A stretch of DNA of 64,000 nucleotides from Raillietiella orientalis (lineage: Eukaryota). Below the pieces are notes generated by a model that did not search any database, had not been told where the DNA came from, and saw only the letters and a program-made list of their open reading frames with translations. This document shows, one piece after another, positions 28,052 through 39,362 of this stretch; the stretch's first letter is position 1, and each line of letters starts with the position of its first letter. The stretch covers positions 62,001 through 126,000 of the forward strand of contig JAYWIR010000014.1 in assembly GCA_036172245.1 (NCBI GenBank), in the 5' to 3' direction. A program made the translations under genes and the position numbers.

Positions 28052-28862
28052 TCCTTTTCTGTCTTCGCAGTTCTTCGACACGGTTCCACGCCACCCGAGG
28101 GTGGGTATTCTTCAAGATAGGGAGTGCCCCGGGAGCGGTCCGCCCTATGAATCCAGAAAGGACTCGGAGTCCGTTCCTCTCATGCCTGGAAAGGGATCCC
28201 CGGAAATGGAGATCACCTCCACCCTGGTTGTCTCCGAAGGGGAATCCTTCCTTATTCTCACCGAAGAGACCCTTGGAGGAGTCCGCTCCAGTTTTTCTTT
28301 TCTGAAGGGAACTCGGAAAGGATCCTCTCCTGGAATTTCTTCTCCAGAGGGATCCCCCGCAAGGGATCCGCTCCTGGAATCTCTTCTCCGGAGGGATCCC
28401 CCGAGAGGGATCCGCTCCTATTTTTACTCCTCTGAAGCTTCTCTTCAGATGGGACATTTCCGAAATTCAGAAGGACGCAGCTTCTCCGAAGGGATCGACT
28501 CGCGTCTCTGCACTCTCTGGAGCGGTGGTGGCGACATACCTACTCCATCAGTCTGTCGCGGAGAGGTTCCCCCCGGAATGGGGGGTCCGCTCCTTCAAAA
28601 CCGGAGGGGAGCTCCCACTCCGTGATTCCTGGAAGGACCCGGATGTCGACTCCCATTTGTCCCGGCCCTCATCGAGGAAATCCGGTTTGAACCGCTACCA
28701 GTGCCGCACCCCGATGAATGTAGGCCAACCAGCGTCATCTTGTGGGGTGAACTCGGAACCCACGACGCACTGCGTCGGTTCCTTCGGAGTTTTCGAACCC
28801 ACGACGCATGGTGCCGATCGCGGAGACCACCGTAACCAATAACGGCCTCCGACGCGGGCAAA
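28052..28862 (+). mobile_element. 811-bp GC-rich repeat element, copy 1 (class uncertain: solo LTR, SINE-like element or long TIR)
   Basis: Reverse complement of 45056-45866. Overlapping ORF translations in the track are identical (28525-28842 vs 45076-45393). It has sharp GC-rich boundaries in AT-rich DNA and an internal 44-bp tandem repeat at 28320-28419. Confidence 0.85.
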
Positions 28863-30593
28863 CAAGGATAAGTTCACAAAGTTCACAAGTTCACAAATAA
28901 GGATTATTATATTTTCTTATTTGAGAACTTTTCTTTGTATGTCAACTGGTTTTCTAAAAATAATTTCTTTGAAGAGCATATCAAGAGTTCTTCACATGCA
29001 TTTCCTTAGTGTTTTTCTTAGCGCTTTTTCATATTACAATGCTTTCGAAAGCTGTAAAAATGAAGCATATCAATTGCTACAAACAAATGCTCAACTTGGC
29101 AGTATTTACTCGAGAACCTTTCATTCATCAACATTTTCGCAAACGAATCAATTTTTTCAAACATCACCACCACCACCACCACAACAAAAAGAAAACATCC
29201 AAAAATTTCCCAGTATTACATCGTGTACACTAAATAACTCAGAATCTATCTGCATATCATTATATCATCCATGTTCTCATCGTGATCAGTGTGTGCTTGA
29301 AATTTACAGCATAATTATTGAAGTGGGAACTGCAAAGAGGAACGCGATACAAAAATAACGCTTGTGAATTCGGTGCGAATGATGAGACTAAGTTACCACG
29401 CGGGAATGCCAAGGAATTTTTGATGCTATCATCAGATGAAAATCTTACTACTCACTTCTGAATTTTCTTGGATTGAATTGTTCCGTTCTTTTTGTGGGTG
29501 TAACAATCTGATAGTTTCCAATCCCATTGTTGTTCGAGACCATTTTTCGGAAACTTTCAAGTTTTTTTGGAAATTAAATCATGATATTCCTATGTGTCAA
29601 TCGCATTCTTGCATTAATATAAACGTTACCGCTTTGCATCACCGTGCATCACATCTACGGATCTGCATTGCATTCGTATGGTGTTCTCTGTTTCGCATAT
29701 TAGCAATGGCATGCACAAACAGCCTATTTGCCGCAACCTTTATGGCTCCAAATCATATTCTCATTTGTCATGCATTTCTCGCGAATCAGCCAGGAATCAC
29801 GTATAATGATTATACCAGTAATTTTAGTAGTGATCATATTAATAGCTCAGAAATGTAGTCTTCAACGTAGTCTTCAACCAGAGATTTTTCGATCGCTGAA
29901 TAAAGCACGCGGTAAATCGAAAATTCCGACAAGCATATAAAAGTAATGCAGATTTGTGAACATGGTAGGCAAGACCCTGCTGACTGAAGTGTCTTACATT
30001 AATGTGCCATGTCCGTTCTTGGGATCCTTAATTATACATTTATCCATCTGAGCTACCCTTATGAATCCCCTATTCTCTCTCCTTTGGCCGGATTATGATG
30101 CATGAATTTCCAACTTCAAACATGCTTATTTTGGTTTCATTTTTGTATCATTGTTTGTGTTTTGATGGATGAATTGTGAATCATTTGTGCGCAGTGATCG
30201 TAACCATGACAGCATTGCTCCTCAGTTATAATGATTCAAATAAAGGGAGCAAATCAGCTCCACATCGGTAAAAAAATCTTTAGCAAGCGATTTTAGAGAT
30301 ATGTCTTATTGCTATTCATACACTTAACAGTTCTCTCAAATTCATTTCATACAAGTCCCAGTATTGTTATCTGGGTGAATGTCTACAATACAAAGTTTAT
30401 ATTAAAGCTGAGCATCTGTGAGGTCACGAAGAAGTAATGCATTCAGTTAGCATTGAAATGTGTCTTTCAATTGTCTTTTTGACCCATGTTTTCAGAAAAC
30501 ATCCTAGACTATCGCTTTTTTCTCTCTTGACTCATAAATCGATATATTAGTCAAGAAAGAACAAATATTAGATTGAAAATATATCAGAAACCG

Positions 30594-30616
30594 GATATAT
30601 ATATATATATATATAT
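30594..30616. repeat. (TA)n microsatellite
   Basis: Direct reading of the ATATAT... run. Confidence 0.9.
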
Positions 30617-33600
30617 GGACATAACCGACATTGCTTCATCCCTCTGTTGATTTTCTCTGTGATCTTGGACACTGTGAGTGCAATGAAACCTATCACACCT
30701 TTCTTTTATGTTGCCGAGAGTTTTTTTATGACTTAATAGTTTGCATCGTAAGCACACGAGAAATTCGCACAAGAACTCTCAAGCCTCTCTTCCTGCATTT
30801 CTTGCTGGAGGTTTTGTTCACACCGTAAATGTACAAGGCATTTCTTGATGCTGAGTCTGTCCCTTCAGGCCAGAAGTCCACATAAATTCTCCCCTTCTTA
30901 CGTCTATAGGCATTAATGCTGTCTCATTCGCAAGCCTTTCCACAAGAATGTAAGGCTCTTTCCAATCCGTTGCTCTTTGCCTATCTCTTTCCTATTATTC
31001 CCTTTCTTCCCTCCCGCTCCTCCTCCTCTGCATTCTCTTTTTCCTCCTCCCTTCTTCTTCCTTTTCTATCTTCCTCCTCCCTTCCTTCCTCCTCTTTCCT
31101 CTTCTTCCTCCTCTCCTTTCCACCAACTCTGCTTCAAAGCATTTGAGATCACTAACGACTGCTGTCTACATGCAGCAGGAGAAAGCAGGTGAGGGGAGGG
31201 AAGAAAGAAATCCTCGTGGCTCCATGAAAAACCGAACAACATCTGTAACTTCACGGATGACAGACTCCACGCCAGAACTTCTGGAGGAGAGGGGAGGGGC
31301 CGATTTTTTTTTCCTTTTTTCCTTCTCGAAGGCATGCCTCTCCTTGTGGCTTTTGGACGTCTTGCAGGTGCCACTGTTGACCTGTGAGCTCCGTGGAAGC
31401 GCTCTGCAAGAAGGATGGGTGGGTGGAGCCGGAGTTTCGTCCCTTCCATGCTGTAGCGAAGTTTCTCTCGCTCTTTAGGAGACCCTTTCGTTCCCCCTCC
31501 CCGCCTCCATGTCTCCTCGGGGAGACCCTGCCTACTACGGGAAAGCGTCTTCAGGTGGGTTCTTCCCTACCTCCTCTCTCCGCGGGGAGAGGAGGTAGGG
31601 AAGAGGAGAAGTAGCATCGAGGGCCTTGGCCGTAGGTTCTCGGCACGGGCACGCGTGTAAACGAGGTGCTTCTAGAGGCTTCGGACGTCTGTCCTGCCCC
31701 ACCACCGGAGGAGTGGCGCTCCGAGAGCGCGTCCGCTCGGAGGTTTCGAAGGAGAGCCGCCCAAAGCCTCTCTCCCTACGGGGAGCTTGAGTCCTCCCGC
31801 GGCCTCTTCTGCACCCGTAGACCCCAGCGTTCTCCGGAAGTCCCTCCCAGACGGGAGCCGATTCACTAGACAAGACCACTCGTGCCGGCTGCGCGCCCGA
31901 AGAGGGCGGGGGTGGAACCAAGTGGAGACGCAGTCACTCCGTCTTCCCTTCCCTTCTTGTGCCCCGCCGGGAAAGGGGATGTCGACCGTGCGAGCCGCGA
32001 AAGACTGAGACGAGGAACAGAGGATGAGGGAGAGATAGAAAGGAGAGGCTCACTTGCCGCATCCTCCCGAAGAGGAGCATTTTCCGCAGGCACCATCGAC
32101 CCTCGTACCCGCAATCTTTTCTCCCCGCCGGAAGGGTGGCCGAGCACTCTCCCCCATTGATGCCTCTCATATGATGCTGATGTCCGGAAGCAGGGACGGA
32201 TGAGTGCGGCGCACGACGGCGTCCTTGGCACGCGCGCGCGAGAGCTCCAAGGACGGGCGGCGGCAGCTCATCAGGGAAAGAGAGAGAGAGCTCGGCTCCC
32301 TCCTCTGCGCTCCGGGGGTGGGAGCAACGAGGGGAAGCAAACACATCCTACTTCTCCGCTGCCTCCTCCTCAGCAGGCATCTCGACGAGGCGGCCGTCTC
32401 AGAGAGAAGAGCACAGAATCTGGGGGCTGGGCGAGCTGCTCCACTTTCCTCCCCGCCATGTCGGCCACGTTCTTCGACTCCGGAGCGACGGCTCCACGGA
32501 GAGGACCGCGCACGCCCACTCGTGCTCAGCTTCTCTTCCTCTTCTTTTCCTTCGTCCGATTCCATGTGAACGGAGGCAGAAGTGCGGAAGGAGGGCCAGA
32601 GATGCGGTAGCGCGGTACTCCTCTTCCCCCTCCTCTTCTTCTTCCTCTTCCTCTCCAATTTATGCTCCTTTCACCCTGGAAATTTAGCACACATCCCGAG
32701 AGCGCATCTGGGGAAACGACCGTGAAGGAAACGCTGTGGCCTTCCTCGCATCTCGCTCACGGATGCGATTGGCTCAATCAGAGGGGCGAAGTGGGAAAGG
32801 GAATGTTGAAAGAGGATCACAGGAAGAGGAGGAGAAGAGGAGGACTTGCTCTGAAAGCTAAATGAGGGATTTGAAGGGGAGCTGATACTCCTTTTCTCTG
32901 GCGCACAGGCGTGAGGCGGCAATTCCTCTTCCTTACATCTTCCCTGCCTATCCTCTGGCGTCTCTCCGGACACGAGAGTACTACAGCAACGCGTTTTCCT
33001 GGAGACAATTAGTAGTCCCCGACAGTTTCTCGTCATGCCCTCGCAGACTGGCCGTCCTTTCCCTTTGTTCCTTCACCTCAGAACGCTATCAGGCGTCGTG
33101 GACGCATAGAGTGAAACGTGCCACCCCCTCCCCCTTCCGACAAGCGCGTTCCAGGGTCTATCGCGGGTCCTTCAGCAACGGAGTCCGACGGGAGGTGCGC
33201 TTGGTTCTTGCGAACGCGCTGCCGGTCCAAGCGCAGCCTCGCAATGGAGCTGACCTGCTTTTCGGGGACTTTTCATGCCATGCACCCGCAGCAGGTCCTG
33301 CCTGCGCGCTTCCACTCTTTTGCTTCAAGAGAGCGTGGGGAAAGGGAGGGGAGGAAAGAAGACTCTCGGAGGGGTGGAGGGAGGCGCTCTGGAGGCTGTA
33401 AAGCCAACGCCGGAGGGGACCCTTCGAGACACCGTTGCACACGTCGACCTCTCGAGGTCAGCGTGTGCAACGCAAAGACGGCTCCGGACCTAGCAGGCCG
33501 GCTGCGACCACCCGCTAGTCGGATGCACCATCCCATGGGACGCCGCATGCGTGGGGAGAGGGAAGCTGCGAGTATCTTGCTCCTGCCGCTGCCCTCCTGC

Positions 33601-33842
33601 TGCACCTCTTTCCGTTCCTTCTCTCTTGCCATGTCCTCCCTGGTGGGGAAGGCGGAAAGACCATTACCGCAGTCTCCCATGCATATGCTGCCGAGCTGAC
33701 CACGAGATAGCGCACAGCATCGGCGGTCTGGCACCCTGAGGAATGCACGGGAACGACGTGGTGAAGGGAGTCCTGGCACTCTCACCAATCCCTCCCTTAC
33801 CACGGCTCATGCCACCCCTCCTTCCTTCCGTTGCTCTGACAG

Positions 33843-36800
33843 ATGCCTTCGCGGTGCTGCGAGACGCTGGAAGCGAGTCTCAACGTGGAACAGTCCCGGT
33901 TGCCTGGAAACGGGGGGCCTTGTCCGATCTTCGAAAGCGGATGCCTGAAGGGTTTGATTTCCCTCCCTCCGCTCCAATCTCGAGGTTTCCTTGCCCTCTC
34001 TCTTTGTTCGCCGCATCCATGGACAGATCACGGCTGGCTGCGCTACGGGCCTCGGCCGCTCCCGGGAAGCTCCGCTCCTTACTGGGGGAGGACTTGAACG
34101 TCTCCAGGAGTGCAGATCCCCGGGACCGCGAGAGTGTCCCCTACAGCTCCACGAACTCCTTCGGGTGCCTCACAGGCACCGAAACCAAGTTCCTCTTTGG
34201 CCACCCACTGCAGTCGACAGCCTCCAGCGCGGAGGAGGAGGAGGAGGAGGGAGACGCCGTCAGCTCCTGCGAGGCCCTGGAGTTCCAGGAAGCTCGTGCA
34301 GCCCGCGTCCCTAGGTGGGAAGGTGTCGAGCCCTACTACAACCTCCCTCACATGTGAGTACCCCTTCCTGCGAAGTGGCGCGCGGGGCGACCAAGGGAGT
34401 GGTCGGAAACGATGCTCGGGATGCGCGTGAGCGACCACCACCCTATCTAGGACACCTCTCCCCCCCAGCCACTCAGCAAGGGGTGGTCCTCCCGGAAGAG
34501 GAGGTACTCCAGGAGATCGCTGAAGAGGTGGGCGGCCGACCTGCCAGTGACCTAGAAGGGTGCCACCACGGGGCACTGCGTCACCCCTGCCCTCACCACG
34601 CTGTTCCTCCACAGCGACCTCTCATCCTTTTCCCACCTTTTTCCAGGGCGTCGGACCACCTGCATGGGAGTGCAGCCACCGAAAGGGCCTTCGGGCGTCA
34701 AGCGGCCGAAGTCGCCTGCTGTGCCAAGCAGGCGGCGCGCCAAGACAGGTCGTCGGATGCTTCCAGTTCCTCCGACCTCAGTCTAAACTTACGAAGGTCG
34801 CGACCCTGTAGCGAGCAGCGGATCATCACGAGCGAGTGCCGTTCGGAAGAGCGGATGGCAGCGGAGGACCTGGGCGAGGGGAGCGGCTACTGGAGCCGCC
34901 CTTCCGGGACACTCCAGGATGAACCTCCTCCATCAACACTCAGCGTGCCCGCCCTAGGAATCGATACGGCGCTAGCGGCGCAGGAAGGGGACCCAAACGT
35001 GCGGGGTTCCTCGAGGGGGAGGCACAGCAGCGACGGGAAGAACGAACCCAGCGCGGGGAGCCAGTCGGAGAGCGACGGGCCCAAGAAGGTACGGGGAGTA
35101 GGGACGAGGTCAAGATACCCTCCTCCCGCCTACCGCAGGTCCCCTGCCCGCTCCTGAGGGTGCGAGAAGCCTCCTGTGCCCCCGTCCGATGCTCGGAGGA
35201 GGAGGAGGAGAAGCTCTCCCGGCGGGCGAACAGACCAGCGGCGGAAGGTCGCGCCTGCTTCAGCCTCTGCGGAGATGACGTGGTGGGAGAGCCTCGCGCC
35301 TCCGGGTCGAGCAGCGAGGAGACCGGCGGCGACGTCGGAGGACATCCTTTCCGGGAAGTTGCCTCCGGTCTGGGCAGCAGCGAGCAGCACAAAGTCAGGG
35401 CGCTGTCCATCCTGCAATCCTTCGCCCAGAACATCGGAGACCCGGAGATGTAAGGAGCGCTCCTAGGGGCGTCGCAACCCCCACCCCTTATTGCTACCGC
35501 CCGCCCCGCGTGTCCTGCTTTCAGCTTCCGAAAGTTCGAGAAGTGCCACTTCGCGGTGCGCCTTCCGGAGCGGGCAGCGCTGGAGGAGGCAGTGCGCAGG
35601 GAGACGCGCGCCTTGAGAGTCACGAGTGCCCGCCTGCGATCAGAGGGTTCCAAGCTGTCCACATCAGCCGACCTGTGCCAGCGCTTTGTCAGAGCGGCCG
35701 AGACCGAGAGGGCGTACCTGGCCAGTCTCCGCGTCGACCGGGAGCGAGCAGCCCACGCGCTCAGGCTTATGGTGAGGAGGGCACGCGGGGCGAGGCGCAT
35801 ACGTCCCCCCTCCCCCTCCACGGGGACGGCTGCCTCAGTCCTCCCCGTGGATGAGCGGCTGCCCTCTCCTTTGCCACCTTCCCAGACAAAGGAGGTGGCG
35901 CTGCGCAGCTCGCGGCCCCAAGGAGCCGCCTCTGCCACCGCCGTCTTGCAGGACCTCGTGCAGGAGGTGGAAGCGGAGATGAGGCTGCGTCGAGAAGCGG
36001 ACGCCGAGGTGACAACGACCAGGCGCCGTCTCCGGGAGACGTTGCGGGACATGGAGGTCCAGAGGCGGAGGATCACGGCGTGCGGTCTCGCTCCGGTACG
36101 TCCCACTCTTCCGCCTGTCCCCAAAGATGGAAGATAGAGGAGGAGGCTGGCTTCTTCCTCTGCGACTGCCTGGATCACTCCTCATGCCTTCCTACCCCTT
36201 CCCTTCCTCACTCCCAGTTCACCCCGTGCAGCAAAGACGCTGACTATGTGATCTGCAGCCTCTGGAGCCAAGCACAGAGCCTCGTGGACAGGAGGGAATT
36301 GCTGAAGACACTCGACGACCACCTGCATGTCAGCCATGCGGTAGGTGACCCTTTCCCTTGATCCTTTCCTTGGTAAGGTCGACCGACACCCCCAGGAGCG
36401 GACAGAGCTGTTGATGGACCTGCTCAGCGACGGGCATAAGGGACGGAGTGTCATCAAGCTGGCGGTGGACTCGCTGTTGCACTACCTGAGGGCGTGCAAG
36501 TTCTCCTGCAGCGCTCGCATCCCCACCATCCTCCATCAGCTGTATCCTAGGTTCCAGGGAGAATCCTCCGCGTGAGTACAAAAGGCCGGTCCGCAGGCGG
36601 TCATTACCCAGGGACTTCGTGGGGATTTCATCCCCCCCTCCTCCCCGAGGCTACTCTGTCCGCCCGTGCGGGGAGTCGGATTCGCACCGATTCCAATCGG
36701 CGGTGCCCAGAGGTCATTCACCCGCGCGACCCAATGTTCATCCCCCCCCTCGGCTACCGAGGCAAGATGCTGCTGCACCGGTCTCGTCCCTTCGCGGTTG

Positions 36801-38314
36801 CCATCGCGCCGCCTCTTCCTCCGCTCTTTTCGGGGATCCCTCCTTCCACAAAGACGAAAAAGTGAACTTTTGGCATAGTCATCGAAAAACAAGATGCTGC
36901 TTAGACGAACCGACCGTGGGCGCACAACAGGGGTGGCTTGACCCACGCTCGAAAGTGCGTTACAGTGGATATGACGATGGGCAGGAGAAGCGGTGGCTCG
37001 CGTCATCTTCCCCGAGCACCGATCCAAAAGGCAGCCGTCGGATGCCGCGACAACAGCACTCCACCCTTACGCTCCGGAGTCGCCCTGGTGACGAAGGAAA
37101 CAGGGCCCAAGGGAGGGAAAGGATGGTAATGCTCCAGCTCCGCGACGAGCCACTCGATCCCGGCGAACAGGAGAGCGATCCTCCCTTTCCCACGCGCAAT
37201 TGGGTGACCGCTCTTGGTTACGGAAATTCGCAGCGGTGCGAGCAGAGACACGAGTGTTCGCTACCCGGGCCAGATGACTCGAAGATGTCTCTCGGAGTGC
37301 TTGTTCAGTCTCAAGGGGGGTCGTCTCGCGTGCGCACGCAGACAAGGCTGAGAAATGTCTGGTCTCTGTTGTGAAGCAGCCAATGAAGCTCGCCAAAAAA
37401 AAAAAAGCGCAGGCAAGAACAGACTCACGCACAATCCGTCAAAAATGCAAATGTGCTGATTGACCTGTCGGAAGGGTCTGGTCAGGGGACTGATCCGAAG
37501 GATCCGACTGGTTTGGGCAGCAACCGATGCGATCGACTTTGGGTCTCCACTGTTCTCTCTCTTACGTTTCGCCGGTCCCCTCATCCCGCACGGCGACGTA
37601 CAGAAGAATTTTTTTTCCCTGCCTTGCAGCATAGCCGATGCCATCGAATCAATTTACGTCCAACTTCTCGAGATCCTCCAAGGAAGGCTTCCTATTAGCC
37701 AACACATGGCACCATTCATTGCATTCAATTTGAAGACCCCGCTGCCGAAATTCCAAGATGGCGTCGTCACTATGATGGTGAAGGATCTGGTCCAAATGGA
37801 ACCAGGACTGCAAAAATCTGTCTGCCAAATATTCAGAGTAATAAAGGAGATGTAGAGTGCAGCATGTCTCGAGATGAGAACTGACGCGAGTGATTCCTGA
37901 CTAGCCCTTCGAGTGGTCACAAGGAAGGTCGGCGAGAAAGTTCCGTGAATCATTAAAAGAGGAAGAGGACGTCTCTTTCATCCACTTGCTCATCAGTTCC
38001 TCATGGCTGCTGCAGATCTTTCTGTCGCAAAACAGAGATGTACGATGTTCCCCCCTCAGACAAAAACACACTGCTGTCCCCCATCTGGTCTGCACGACCT
38101 CGCTTTAAAGGCGTAAAGGGGCGTGGATGAGACTGAGGGCGTATCCAGCTCGCTGACGACGCTTTCCCCTGCTCACCTTTCCCCGAGTTTCGGGGATCTA
38201 GATGGAAGGAGCACAGCGACCGTTCCTTCCGGTTGTCCTGCTCTTCTCGAAGTGTACACGGATGAAACAGGCAGATGGCAGTGCCTTTCATTTCCTCTCT
38301 TAAGTTCAAGATGA
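33843..38314 (+). CDS. Large GC-rich multi-exon hypothetical protein with low-complexity regions, a coiled coil and helical domains; 5' exons probably extend to about 31-33 kb
   Basis: Phase-consistent GT-AG junctions at 35088/35139, 35449/35525, 35771/35886, 36095/36218, 36328/36378 and 36571/36612. They join track ORFs into ...IFRKFEKCHFAVRLPERAALEEAVRRETRAL...LQDLVQEVEAEMRLRREADAEVTTTRRRLRETLRDMEVQRRR...VICSLWSQAQSLVDRRELLKTLDDHLH.... A further helical exon lies at 37630-37850. Both ends are uncertain and no family was recognised. Confidence 0.6.
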
Positions 38315-38596
38315 CAATGACATGTTGTTATCTATTTATATCTATTTAGTTAGTTTAGTTTATATCTATTTAGCACAAAGGCATGAGTTCGCCTCCCGAG
38401 GGATACGTAACACGCAGAGCGATCTGGTTCATCCCGGAAGGCTCACTGAGCGTTCTGTTACTCATCCTGAATCCACAATCAGCATTGTTGTCAATAGCGC
38501 CTTTCATATGCTCGAAGTGCAGCAGGGTTGAATTTGGGATGTGAATAATTGCATCCTGACCAATTCACAGCTCGGGAATCCTGAAAGACCAGTGTC

Positions 38597-39362
38597 GATC
38601 AAAATCCCAAACGATCTTTAAAATAAATACATATGCTTACTATAAATATTAACATATAAATTTATATATAAATACACAAATTTATTTTAACATTTTAACA
38701 TACTCATATGTATTAATATTTATTAGCATACGTACTATTATTATTAATATTTTAATATGCATGTACATATTAATATCTATTAACATACATTATTAATGTA
38801 ATTAATGCTTTTATATACTAATATGCACTATAAAGATTATAAAAATACATGTATGAATATTTATATATAAATGAGCTTAGTCTACATTATTAAAATAATA
38901 TATATAGATACGTTTATTATAGATATTAATATAATTAATAATATGCTTACTGTGCATATGATCCTTAGAATGCATAGATTAATATATACATAAATATGTA
39001 TTACAAAGTTCATAAAAAAATACACACGCTTATTAGGTACATTAATATGTATATTTTTGTATAGATTAATATACAAATTTATGTTAACACATATACATCA
39101 GGATTAATTTGCATACATATTATTATTTTAATTAAATACTGATGTACATATTTTTGTATATAGAATGATGTATATTATAAAAATTATAGCCCTAAATCAT
39201 AGGCTTATTTTAATATTATTTTAATATATTTTAATATATTTTAATATAATTAATGACATGTATTATATATATCAATGTGCATTATATTAATACGTGTGCA
39301 TATCGAGTAATATATATTATAAAGATGATAAAAAATCGTCGGGATCGTTCGGGATTCTGATC
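38597..39362. mobile_element. MITE/foldback-like element: 20-bp inverted repeats around an AT-rich degenerate repeat interior
   Basis: GATCAAAATCCCAAACGATC (38597-38616) matches the reverse complement of 39343-39362 (GATCAGAATCCCGAACGATC) at 18/20. The interior is almost entirely A/T. No target-site duplication seen. Confidence 0.6.

Noticed and set aside
28023..28886. ORFs of 63-195 aa inside the 811-bp repeat (and mirrored in copy 2)
   Set aside because: They overlap on both strands in GC-rich repetitive DNA, show no recognisable domain, and the 195-aa ORF start is frameshifted in copy 2.
32900..33770. Fragments resembling a MORN repeat (VYRGSFSNGVRRE) or the TEX15/TASOR DUF3715 domain (TREY, HVDL, AYAAELT)
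   Set aside because: The matches are only a few residues each, and the exon frames could not be fixed. A profile search on a real transcript would be needed.
34940..36178. Longest track ORF (412 aa, minus strand)
   Set aside because: It is an antisense shadow of the plus-strand spliced gene. Splice signals and protein-like composition are on the plus strand.
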